Source: an uncultured Bacteroidaceae bacterium
GTDB taxonomy: Bacteria > Bacteroidota > Bacteroidia > Bacteroidales > Bacteroidaceae
NCBI GenBank assembly: GCA_934394435.1
Contig: CAKRRN010000008.1
Coordinates: forward strand, 4,290-68,289
Direction: 5' to 3'
DNA length: 64,000 nt
Position numbers and translations under genes: made by a program. The notes beneath the pieces are model-generated. The model searched no databases. It was not told where the DNA came from and saw only the letters and a program-made list of their open reading frames with translations. This document shows, in pieces, positions 9,706 to 18,287 of the stretch. Position 1 is the stretch's first letter. Each line of letters starts with the position of its first letter.

Positions 9706-9942
9706 CTATACGCTTTTCTTTAAAAATTCCGTAATTTCCTTGTAGATTTCTCTGTCAGAAGCTCCCTCTGAAGCGCGTATAATAATATGTGCCACAGCAT
9801 TTATAACATAATTGTCAGAATCCTCAGCTTGGTAAGCAGAGGTGAAATTCAAGTCGCTTTCGCTATACTTTCCAAACTTCATCAGTTCTGGATTGAGCAG
9901 AACAGCCTCCAGCATTTTGTCGTTGTTAGTCATGTATGCCAT
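9706..9942 (-). CDS. Island protein, 78 aa, acidic, unknown function
   Basis: Sits between the helicase gene (2-nt gap) and the SMC gene (4-nt gap). No recognisable motif. Confidence 0.5.
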   Translation of the reverse strand: MAYMTNNDKMLEAVLLNPELMKFGKYSESDLNFTSAYQAEDSDNYVINAVAHIIIRASEGASDREIYKEITEFLKKSV

Positions 9943-9944
9943 AT

Positions 9945-12167
9945 CTATAAAATTGATAGATTATAATATGAAACAGTTTCTTCTAATTCTCTGTATGTAT
10001 AGTCCGCATTTTCTGAGAGAGAAGCAAAATCACGCACACGTTTCAGTTCTATCTCAAGCAGACTCCTTTCCATGTTGTAACTTTCTTCAGAGTCGCTAAC
10101 CCATGGTGCAACTATCAAGTCATGGATTATCGCTCGGTGCTTGTCCTTATGCTTACGCAGGATTCTTCCTCTTCTCTGCACAAATTGCCGTGGGTTACCT
10201 GTACTTGCACAAAAAATAGCCATTTCGCTACGCGGCACGTCGACACCTTCGTCCAGACACTTCATGGATGTCAAAACTTCAAGACGCCCGCAGGCAAAGT
10301 CATCCAAGAGCTTGGTACGTTCTCTGGAATCTGAGGTAAACTCCCTTACGGTCGTTTGCGGACTTGTTCTGTAGACCATCTGGGTGTATCTGTCTATCAG
10401 ATGTTCAGACACTTCATCCACTCCCAAAGCATCTGTTGTCTCGAACAAATCTGAAACCGCGTCTGGGCTGTTTCCTTCAGGAACATAAACCAACGTATAT
10501 TTCAGATTGCCCTTTTCTTTGTATCGCTCCTTCAGTATGGCCTCAAATACAGGCTCCTTCTGCTGGGCTTTATGAATAATGCGCTTTCGCTTCAGCAAAA
10601 GAGCTGTCAATATGTCGTTCCCTTGTGCGAACGAATCTCTGTCATAACTAAAGAATTTAGAAAGTTGCCTTGATATTCTCAGATAATCAGCCATTTCCGC
10701 ATCGTTCAACCTCACGACATGAGGATAGTAATAATAACGGCACAGGAAATCATTATCTATGGCCTCACGCATCGAATACTCGAATGTAAAACCATCCGTA
10801 CTACCAAAGAAAGTATTTATCCTCTGGTTACCCAAGTCATCAAACTGACGGTAAGGAGTGGCAGACAAGCCTATTCTTCTCAGATAGCGGATGCTGTCCA
10901 TTCTATCCAGCATTCTCCTCGACCCCATATTATGTGCCTCATCTGCAATCAAAAGAGTTCTATTCTTCGAGAAAGAGTTGAGAGAAGAGAACACATTGTC
11001 CCTTACAAACGAGGAATAGGTTGAGATGATAATGAATGAGTCACCACATCCAGACCGATTAAAGTCTTCTTTCAGATGAAGCAAATCCACCTCGTTTCTC
11101 CAATTCTTGTTTTTAGAATAGACAGTATAGACATTTGAGAAGTCGAACTTCTTGCATTCATCCACCCATTGCTCTACCAATGTTTGGGTTGGTACAAGGA
11201 TGATTGCTTTATAATATCCCTTCCTCTTATAAATCTCCAACAAGCAATTGAGCGATGTAATGGTCTTGCCTGTACCTGTTGCCATCGCAAATAGACCTTT
11301 TTGCCCATTGCTCTTCCAATTTTCGAAGGCTTGATGCTGATATTCGCGAGGACCAGAAGGATAAGGAAAATGAGGCTCTTTGGTATAGTTGTCTTCGCAT
11401 ACCATAGGTAAGACATCGCTCCTATCTGCTTCTGTTCTCCTTTCCTTTATATTCTTGAGTTTCCTTTCCACATCGAGCAATTCTTCCACATCCTTACCTC
11501 CAAAAGTAGACACGACCGCCACCTCAAGTTCTTTGGGAGAAAGATATTCTACCCCTCCCTTTTGATGACTCATAATTGATTCGAACTCTACCCGCTGGCT
11601 TTCTATGCGCTTGCGCACCATAGTGTCAATGCTGTCACTACGATCAATTTTGATTTCCTCTATATTATTGAACAAACCGCTTACCGTGAAGTTTGCAGAA
11701 CCCGTAAAGGAAGTCACACTATCTCCGTCCCTAAACTGTCCAGATTTCGTATGAGCAATACCTCTACGATTACGTGGACATATGATACGAATGTCTATCC
11801 GCTTGTTATAAATAAGGAATGCAAGGCATTCGAAAAACTGCTGCTGATATTCGTCTAAGGTTTGTCTTAACGACTCAAAGTCAGTTAGGTCAAAGCAGTC
11901 TATCAACCCACCGTATACGCCTTTGCTTATGGCATTTTTGTCTGACTCTGAGACTATATGATTTATCACAAGGCGCATTCTTCCACCGTTGACGATAAAT
12001 GTGGCAAATCCATCGGCAAGCACACTTATCGCAGCTGAACTGAAATAGCCCAGTTGAAGGTCAAACTCTGTACTATTTCTCAACCCATCATTGAAGAATC
12101 TCTCTGGTGAATTATATTCTCCAGGACGATAAGTGCCGTCCTCTGCCCAGTTTACATCATATAGCAT
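9945..12167 (-). CDS. PLD-family (single HKD) nuclease domain fused to SF2 DEAH helicase
   Basis: N-terminal IAHTKSGQFRDGD...GSANFT (one HKD-like motif). Helicase motifs: LFAMATGTGKT (I), LIADEAHNMG (II), LGLSATP (III), QRRGRILR (VI). ATG at 12167 is preferred. The ORF-track start at 12203 is a TTG that overlaps the upstream gene. Confidence 0.8.
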   Translation of the reverse strand: MLYDVNWAEDGTYRPGEYNSPERFFNDGLRNSTEFDLQLGYFSSAAISVLADGFATFIVNGGRMRLVINHIVSESDKNAISKGVYGGLIDCFDLTDFESLRQTLDEYQQQFFECLAFLIYNKRIDIRIICPRNRRGIAHTKSGQFRDGDSVTSFTGSANFTVSGLFNNIEEIKIDRSDSIDTMVRKRIESQRVEFESIMSHQKGGVEYLSPKELEVAVVSTFGGKDVEELLDVERKLKNIKERRTEADRSDVLPMVCEDNYTKEPHFPYPSGPREYQHQAFENWKSNGQKGLFAMATGTGKTITSLNCLLEIYKRKGYYKAIILVPTQTLVEQWVDECKKFDFSNVYTVYSKNKNWRNEVDLLHLKEDFNRSGCGDSFIIISTYSSFVRDNVFSSLNSFSKNRTLLIADEAHNMGSRRMLDRMDSIRYLRRIGLSATPYRQFDDLGNQRINTFFGSTDGFTFEYSMREAIDNDFLCRYYYYPHVVRLNDAEMADYLRISRQLSKFFSYDRDSFAQGNDILTALLLKRKRIIHKAQQKEPVFEAILKERYKEKGNLKYTLVYVPEGNSPDAVSDLFETTDALGVDEVSEHLIDRYTQMVYRTSPQTTVREFTSDSRERTKLLDDFACGRLEVLTSMKCLDEGVDVPRSEMAIFCASTGNPRQFVQRRGRILRKHKDKHRAIIHDLIVAPWVSDSEESYNMERSLLEIELKRVRDFASLSENADYTYRELEETVSYYNLSIL

Positions 12168-12181
12168 AACATATTGGATTT

Positions 12182-13282
12182 TCAGATAAAACAATTGGCA
12201 CAAACGTATTCATCACCAAAAAGTTCAGCGAGACTTGTACCTTTGTTCTTGCTTTTGTTGGCTTCCTGCCGCTTGATGATATCCAACTTTACCTGTCGAA
12301 TGCGCTCCGGCTTAATTAAATCAGCCAAGCTCTCATTCTGAATCCAAGTATAGCCATCCTTTTCAAAAGACATTGCTTTCTTGTATAGGTCAGGATGCTG
12401 CTCGTAGAGCCAAATCCACTCTATTTTCTGTTGAAAGAAACAGAAATAGCAACCACTTCTACTACGACAATAAGTGCCTGTTTTACCATCTACCTCGAAA
12501 GGGATCTCTTCATAATAAGCAGGCACTCCCACTCCGCTTTCTCTCAACAGCCGGAAGATGTCTTCCTTTACCAAAACCTCATCATTATCAATCAGCGGAA
12601 ATGAATCAAGATGACCTACTGGATAATCAGTAGTCTTCAAAAAATCAAACACAGCATGATTGAACATCTTCACATTTACGTCCAATAATGCATTCAGCTT
12701 CTTGGAGTAAAAGAATTGTTTGGTGATAGGCTTTTTAAGGACGTCCATCAAGTCCTCTTTCATCATGCCATCTGGGCACAATTTGTCATAGATGTCGATA
12801 ATCTGCTCTTGGTTTTCCTTATGCAAGAACTTATTGATAACATCCACACTCCAGATATTCCTTCTGAAAGGAAAGACTGACTGAATATTTGGTTTGGATG
12901 ATACATAGCCATCACGGTCTTCATCACCACGGATTCCCACGTACGAAACCGCATAGTCATCGCCCACATACCTCTCAAACTCATCCAGTTTCATTTTCTT
13001 AGTACACCAACGAGCTTGTGGTGAAGGCAAGAAGCCTCCAGCAGCTTTCAAGAAATGCTCAAAAGGCGTTGGCTCAGGACTGTCTTCCGCAGCCCTAAGT
13101 CTTTTGATACTTCCGAGATAAGCACTCAGTCTATCTATCAGTAGTTCTGTCTCCGCCAACTCACACCCAGTATCCGAGTTATAATACTCAATCTTCAAGG
13201 TTGGGTATTTCTGTTTGAGATAGATGGCAAGTGCAGCACTATCCTTTCCACCAGATATTCCTAATATATTTCGTACTTTCAT
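12182..13282 (-). CDS. PP-loop ATP pyrophosphatase of the PAPS-reductase/DndC/SspD-like family
   Basis: N-terminal ILGISGGKDSAALAIYL (SGGKDS PP-loop) and a C-terminal Cys cluster YCRSRSGCYFCFF (C-x6-C-x2-C). 366 aa. Confidence 0.8.
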   Translation of the reverse strand: MKVRNILGISGGKDSAALAIYLKQKYPTLKIEYYNSDTGCELAETELLIDRLSAYLGSIKRLRAAEDSPEPTPFEHFLKAAGGFLPSPQARWCTKKMKLDEFERYVGDDYAVSYVGIRGDEDRDGYVSSKPNIQSVFPFRRNIWSVDVINKFLHKENQEQIIDIYDKLCPDGMMKEDLMDVLKKPITKQFFYSKKLNALLDVNVKMFNHAVFDFLKTTDYPVGHLDSFPLIDNDEVLVKEDIFRLLRESGVGVPAYYEEIPFEVDGKTGTYCRSRSGCYFCFFQQKIEWIWLYEQHPDLYKKAMSFEKDGYTWIQNESLADLIKPERIRQVKLDIIKRQEANKSKNKGTSLAELFGDEYVCANCFI

Positions 13283-13306
13283 TTTCGTTTTTGTTTGCAG
13301 AAAAGA

Positions 13307-16300
13307 CTATTTGCCTAACTTCTTATTTAATATTTTCAGTAATGTGCATACTGACACATTGTCGTTTTCTACCCTATCAAGGAGTTTGTCTATATTTTTT
13401 TCCAGTTCCTCCGATTTCTGCAATTCACTCTCTGGCAATCGGAATGTTTGAGAATGAATGTTATTTCCCTTGGTAGAAACTAAATCCAGCGAATAGATTT
13501 CATCCGACTCATATTTAGCTACTTTCGAGATATCCGAGTATTTCTCACATTCACGAAAGAGCATAATCAGACTATCAATCAACTTCTCCTCTTGCTCATC
13601 ACGCAATCGCTCCAATGGCTGTTCCAATGCAGTATAACATATTGATTGATACCATTCATTCCTATTGTCAAACTCAGCCATCACATGCTGATAGAATTCT
13701 TTCAATCTATCCGTTAGCAAATACTCTTTGACATTGGCAAGACGTTGTCTTATCGTTACAACGTATCCTGAATAATCGTAAGAGTCAATGCCCAATGTGT
13801 CAAGCAAACGGCCTTCCACACGGTCTATCATATCGGAATAGCAAGAACGCAGTTCCTTGACAGCACGGTTGATTACATAGCAAAATTCCTCTACTTTCTT
13901 TGGATTCTGCAATGCTTCCTTATCATAGCCCAATGTCTCAGGCAAATCTTCAAAGAAGGTTTTCTCTGGGTCTTTTGCCTTAGCTAATGTATCACGGAAC
14001 TTTGCCGTCTGCTCATGATTGAACTTACGGGTATGCTTGGCATAGTCATTCAGTCTCTTGTTGTAGAAGAAAAAGAACGGTTTGATGGTCTCTATGAAAT
14101 CATCGCTCTTGATACTCCCCATAGCCTCAACGTTCAGAAACTTTCTGTACTGATTAAAGATTTGCACCTTTACTCCCGTCACATCAAAAGCCTTGATAAA
14201 ATATTCACCTGGATGCTTCTGCAACAATTCAAAGAACTCCATATTGATGTTCGGAATATAAGCTCCATTGGCTCCATATAGAGAGTAGTCTTGCTTCTTT
14301 ATATATAAATAGGTAGGAATCCAAAAGTCCAAGAATCCTTGCTTCAATTTATATGGTTTAGCCGACAACTTCTTTATCAGTTCAGAAATCTTACGAGCCT
14401 TAAAAGTTGTCGATTTCAAAAACTCTTCACATGCTTCCCACAAAGGCATAATTCCCTCATTAGAGGGCACATCAGAGAACTCCCCATTCATATGAAGCCC
14501 CGTGCTTTTCAACAGAGAATAATAGATGGTCTTCTCTGGAGGAAATTTATCGGCAGGGAATCCTAAATCAGCCTCACTGCTTTGGCTTAGCAATGCAGCC
14601 AAGTACTTTCCCTTAGCACAGGATATGGAACTGCTCAACTTATGCTTATTAAACAATTCGTTATTCATCACTGGTGTTTGTGAATAAATCTCATCACAAA
14701 CCACAGAGAGCAACTGGTTGAATTCTCGCAAAGAGCGGACTTCTCTTTCCTCTCCCTTGAATATCCATGTGACATCTCCACTATAAGCAAACAAGCTCTC
14801 GCTGATAGACTTATTGAGCACCACCTTCTCATACTCCATCAGGTTGTTTATCTCATTGATTGCCACCTTGTCCGACTTATCAATCAGGACTTTACTCAAT
14901 ATGTATTTGAATTTCTCTATTTGATAAAGATGAGATACCAACTCGTCAGTATTTCTAAAACAAACAAAGATGATAGCATTTTCACTCTTCGCGCTGAGTT
15001 CACAAAGCTCCTCTAATACAGTTTTATGAGATGAAAATATCAGCTGTATGAATCCATCTGTATCGCCAACAGGAGTTTTATCCGCACCTTCTCCAAGCAC
15101 CTCATATTCAAAATACCTTGGAGTTCCTTTTTGGAAATAGCAAGCCTTTACTGGAGCTACCTTCTTGAAACAATAGTTTCTGATGTCATCCACATAATTC
15201 ACAGGACGACTCACCACCAATCCCGCTTTGCGTATCTCATCCTCTATGTTTATGTCTGTTCCATCAAACAAAATATAACGGAGCTTATAGTTGGCATAAC
15301 GGATTATCTTGAATTGCTCCAACTTATTCAAGAGACTCGTTGGGTTCTCTATATCTAAAGCCATCTTTGCATACGCAGCTGTTTTCTCTCGGTTCATTTT
15401 GAAAGAAGAATTGCCAAAAAGGTTCAATAAACCAATAGCCTTCACCAACTTGATGGCATCTACCAAATCCGTCTTCGTATTCCAAAGTTGTCCCTCCACT
15501 CTCTCAATGGCGACTTGCATAGAACTCCATTGCATAGAATCGGCATTAGCCTCTTTCAGATAAGAGTAGAAGTTGTAATAAATGTAATCATAGCAGCACT
15601 GAAGCTGATAGACCTTACCAGCAAACTCCGACAAAGAGTTTCGTCCCCTTGCATTCAAGAAAGAAAACAAGGAGCGTTCGTTTTGTCCGTATCGCTGAAT
15701 GGCTTGCGTAATAACACAAGCGGCAAAAGGCTCTAATGGAGACAACGCATGAGCGGTCGCTTTCGAGAAACTTTGAGAGACAAAACCCGTCTTCTTCGCT
15801 AATGAAGCCAAAGATTCTATTGTCTTTTCGTTGCTCCGCTTATCCAACAAATCTGACTTTATCTGCATCGAAGCCAAATAAAGAAGTTGCTCTACAGGCT
15901 CCACAAATACCAACTCCTGGAAACGTCCCTTTACTTTGGTCCACTCCTCCTTTTGAACCTCGTTGAGCTTTCGCGAATATGCGTTGAAATTCTGATGAAG
16001 TGTAGTCAAAAGCAAAATGTTTCTTGTTGGCACATTGACAAATTCTGCCAACTTTTGCATAAAGTAAAGTTCTCTTTCTGGATTATTCTTGGCTGCATGC
16101 TCCAAGACCTTGCCAAATTCATCAATAAAGATAACCAAAAACTTACCTTGGCTCTTCAGCTTATTGTATCTATTGCGAAGCTCGTCAAGAATGCTACCTG
16201 TTGTGCCCTCCACAGATAGTTTCTGACTTAACAACACAGAAAGTTCCTTATAGTCACCAATAATTTTAAGAATCTCGAATCTCTTTTTCCCCGAAAGTTC

Positions 16301-16531
16301 CGTAGGATTCAACAATTCATATTGCTTTCCACCCATCAAGTCTCTCTCTAATGCCAACAAGAAACTTGATTTACCCGTTCCGTATGAGCCAATAATCGTA
16401 TAAGAATGAACCCCAGAGCGGAATCCGTTTACGATACCCTCAGCCACCTGTCGGGCATTGGGAGTAACTATATATTGAGCCTCTTTCGCAAAGCCCTCTT
16501 CTATATTTGCGGATAAACTAAACTGTCGCAT
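13307..16531 (-). CDS. Large (1074 aa) P-loop NTPase, SspC/BrxC-like by position and motifs
   Basis: Walker A IIGSYGTGKSSFLLAL and Walker B FLVIFIDEFGKVLEH near the N-terminus. The remaining about 850 aa have no motif I recognise. The start overlaps the upstream gene by 14 nt. Confidence 0.7.
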   Translation of the reverse strand: MRQFSLSANIEEGFAKEAQYIVTPNARQVAEGIVNGFRSGVHSYTIIGSYGTGKSSFLLALERDLMGGKQYELLNPTELSGKKRFEILKIIGDYKELSVLLSQKLSVEGTTGSILDELRNRYNKLKSQGKFLVIFIDEFGKVLEHAAKNNPERELYFMQKLAEFVNVPTRNILLLTTLHQNFNAYSRKLNEVQKEEWTKVKGRFQELVFVEPVEQLLYLASMQIKSDLLDKRSNEKTIESLASLAKKTGFVSQSFSKATAHALSPLEPFAACVITQAIQRYGQNERSLFSFLNARGRNSLSEFAGKVYQLQCCYDYIYYNFYSYLKEANADSMQWSSMQVAIERVEGQLWNTKTDLVDAIKLVKAIGLLNLFGNSSFKMNREKTAAYAKMALDIENPTSLLNKLEQFKIIRYANYKLRYILFDGTDINIEDEIRKAGLVVSRPVNYVDDIRNYCFKKVAPVKACYFQKGTPRYFEYEVLGEGADKTPVGDTDGFIQLIFSSHKTVLEELCELSAKSENAIIFVCFRNTDELVSHLYQIEKFKYILSKVLIDKSDKVAINEINNLMEYEKVVLNKSISESLFAYSGDVTWIFKGEEREVRSLREFNQLLSVVCDEIYSQTPVMNNELFNKHKLSSSISCAKGKYLAALLSQSSEADLGFPADKFPPEKTIYYSLLKSTGLHMNGEFSDVPSNEGIMPLWEACEEFLKSTTFKARKISELIKKLSAKPYKLKQGFLDFWIPTYLYIKKQDYSLYGANGAYIPNINMEFFELLQKHPGEYFIKAFDVTGVKVQIFNQYRKFLNVEAMGSIKSDDFIETIKPFFFFYNKRLNDYAKHTRKFNHEQTAKFRDTLAKAKDPEKTFFEDLPETLGYDKEALQNPKKVEEFCYVINRAVKELRSCYSDMIDRVEGRLLDTLGIDSYDYSGYVVTIRQRLANVKEYLLTDRLKEFYQHVMAEFDNRNEWYQSICYTALEQPLERLRDEQEEKLIDSLIMLFRECEKYSDISKVAKYESDEIYSLDLVSTKGNNIHSQTFRLPESELQKSEELEKNIDKLLDRVENDNVSVCTLLKILNKKLGK

Positions 16532-17381
16532 TCTTATAATATTTATCTAAAACGTCTATGCCTGTTAAAGAAAGACCTTCCCTAAACAATAGCTGACGAA
16601 TACCAGCATTGTCACTATACTGAACATAATCAGAATACGCTTCACCAATAGATTGTACCATATCTATCACCTCTGCGTCTGTCATGCAGAACATCAACCC
16701 AATCTCTTGCAAAGTATCGTAAGAAACGGACTTATCCTCACCTTTCTCTTGCAAAATAGCATATAGAAAGATTTCCATAGGGACCTTTCGCTTGCCCTCA
16801 ATATTAAAGGTGAACGATTTGCCATTATCCTCTGTTCTGATTAAATCCAAATCTATGAGAAGAGAAGAATAATCCTCAAAAGACTTTGCCTTATAAGGCT
16901 GGGCATAGTTTTGCAACAAGACACCCACGTCCTTCTTGGTAGTATTGGCATTAAACGGTTTGTCTTTCCTATCATCTATCATGAGTCTCTTGACAAAACT
17001 TACAAGCTGGTCTCTCTCAAAAGCCTTTCTTTCTTTCTGAAACTGTACAAAAGCGATATGATAAAGAGTTGCCTCTCTTTGACTTACTAACAGGTAATGA
17101 AGCAACCACAATGTTCCCAAACTCTCGATGTACTTATCTACGCCATCTGTTCCGTCAAAAAGATATTTCGCTATCTTTGTTGGCTTATCTTGCTCAGACA
17201 ATCCGAAAACCTTCAGCCAATAACGGATAGAAGAAACCATATTCTTGCCTACCCCCAAAGCGACAACCGCATCAGAAGCATTGAAGTTTCCTCCATCTAT
17301 CATAAAATTATATCCCTTGGTGAGCCATAAAGTTTTACAAGGAAAAGATTCATGCCCAGAGAGCGTGTATTTATTGTACAT
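16518..17381 (-). CDS. DUF4007-like protein (SspB-like), first gene of the island operon
   Basis: N-terminus LSGHESFPCKTLWLTKGY and LGVGKNMVSSIRYWLKVFGL match my recollection of the DUF4007 signature (GHE.F..R..WL.K / LGVGKNMV.S.RYW). 287 aa. Confidence 0.65.
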   Translation of the reverse strand: MYNKYTLSGHESFPCKTLWLTKGYNFMIDGGNFNASDAVVALGVGKNMVSSIRYWLKVFGLSEQDKPTKIAKYLFDGTDGVDKYIESLGTLWLLHYLLVSQREATLYHIAFVQFQKERKAFERDQLVSFVKRLMIDDRKDKPFNANTTKKDVGVLLQNYAQPYKAKSFEDYSSLLIDLDLIRTEDNGKSFTFNIEGKRKVPMEIFLYAILQEKGEDKSVSYDTLQEIGLMFCMTDAEVIDMVQSIGEAYSDYVQYSDNAGIRQLLFREGLSLTGIDVLDKYYKNATV

Positions 17382-18137
17382 CTATCCAGTAAAGACAGCC
17401 GAATCCCAAAGCCGAAATGTTTAATCCTCCTGCGTTTGTACCTCTACAAAAAAGGAAGCGTGGGATCCTTCACTTGCCCATCCCACTACTCGAAGGCCTT
17501 CGCATTGCCCAACTGTCGAGACGGACAATGCAGAAAGCCCACGCTTGTATGGCATATAGCTCTGCATATAAAGGAAACAGCACGAAGGACACAAGACACT
17601 ATCATGTCCGCATCCACACACATAACTGTTCGCTGCAGGTTACAATACACCTACCGTGGACATTCACCCATTGTCTCACCTGCTGACAGTTTGGTAAAGT
17701 TGCGAAGTTTACGAGTAGTCGCAGACGAGCGTCAAGTAAACGCCCTTTCCGTAAAAGTAGCACCCTCCCCACCCCCTCTGGGGCTTTCTGCGAGGATAAT
17801 GCCTTGCAAATATAAGGATTTTTTATATACGGTTATCCGTCAAAGCACTAAAACAATATAATATTCTCATCCTTTTCCAACTCCTCAAACGTTAGCGGAG
17901 TGCTCCACCTGCCATAAGACTCTACGCAGAAGCATCACTACACCAACCTCGGGCGAAGAGACGACGGAACACTCTATCCCCAAAAGCTATGGATGGATAA
18001 CGTAAATGTGAATACAGACTAAGTATGCCTTCGCACAGCGACAACAGGAGAGGAAAAAGGCTCTGGAGAGAGAAAGGGTAAAAGGAATTTCCCACACTAA
18101 TCAAACTCTCGAAATCTTAATCTTATAGTTCTTAAAA

Positions 18138-18287
18138 CCAAATCGGTCATTAGAAAATTTTGCTTCCATTTTATCTCAAAATAGAGCAAAAGTCACGTAT
18201 TATGTTAGCATACAGATACTATAACGAGAGTATAACCTGATATAGTCTAACTTTTTGCATGGGAAAAATCTCTAATGACCGATTTGG
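18138..18287. mobile_element. MITE-like element, about 150 bp, with 17-bp perfect terminal inverted repeats
   Basis: CCAAATCGGTCATTAGA (18138-18154) is the exact reverse complement of TCTAATGACCGATTTGG (18271-18287). No ORF lies inside. The same TIR occurs at 24753/24949 and 50702. Confidence 0.6.

Noticed and set aside
17352-17861. 169-aa plus-strand ORF in the island's upstream flank.
   Set aside because: It starts inside the first island gene on the opposite strand and has odd C/R/H-rich composition with no motif. The region is more likely leader or non-coding.
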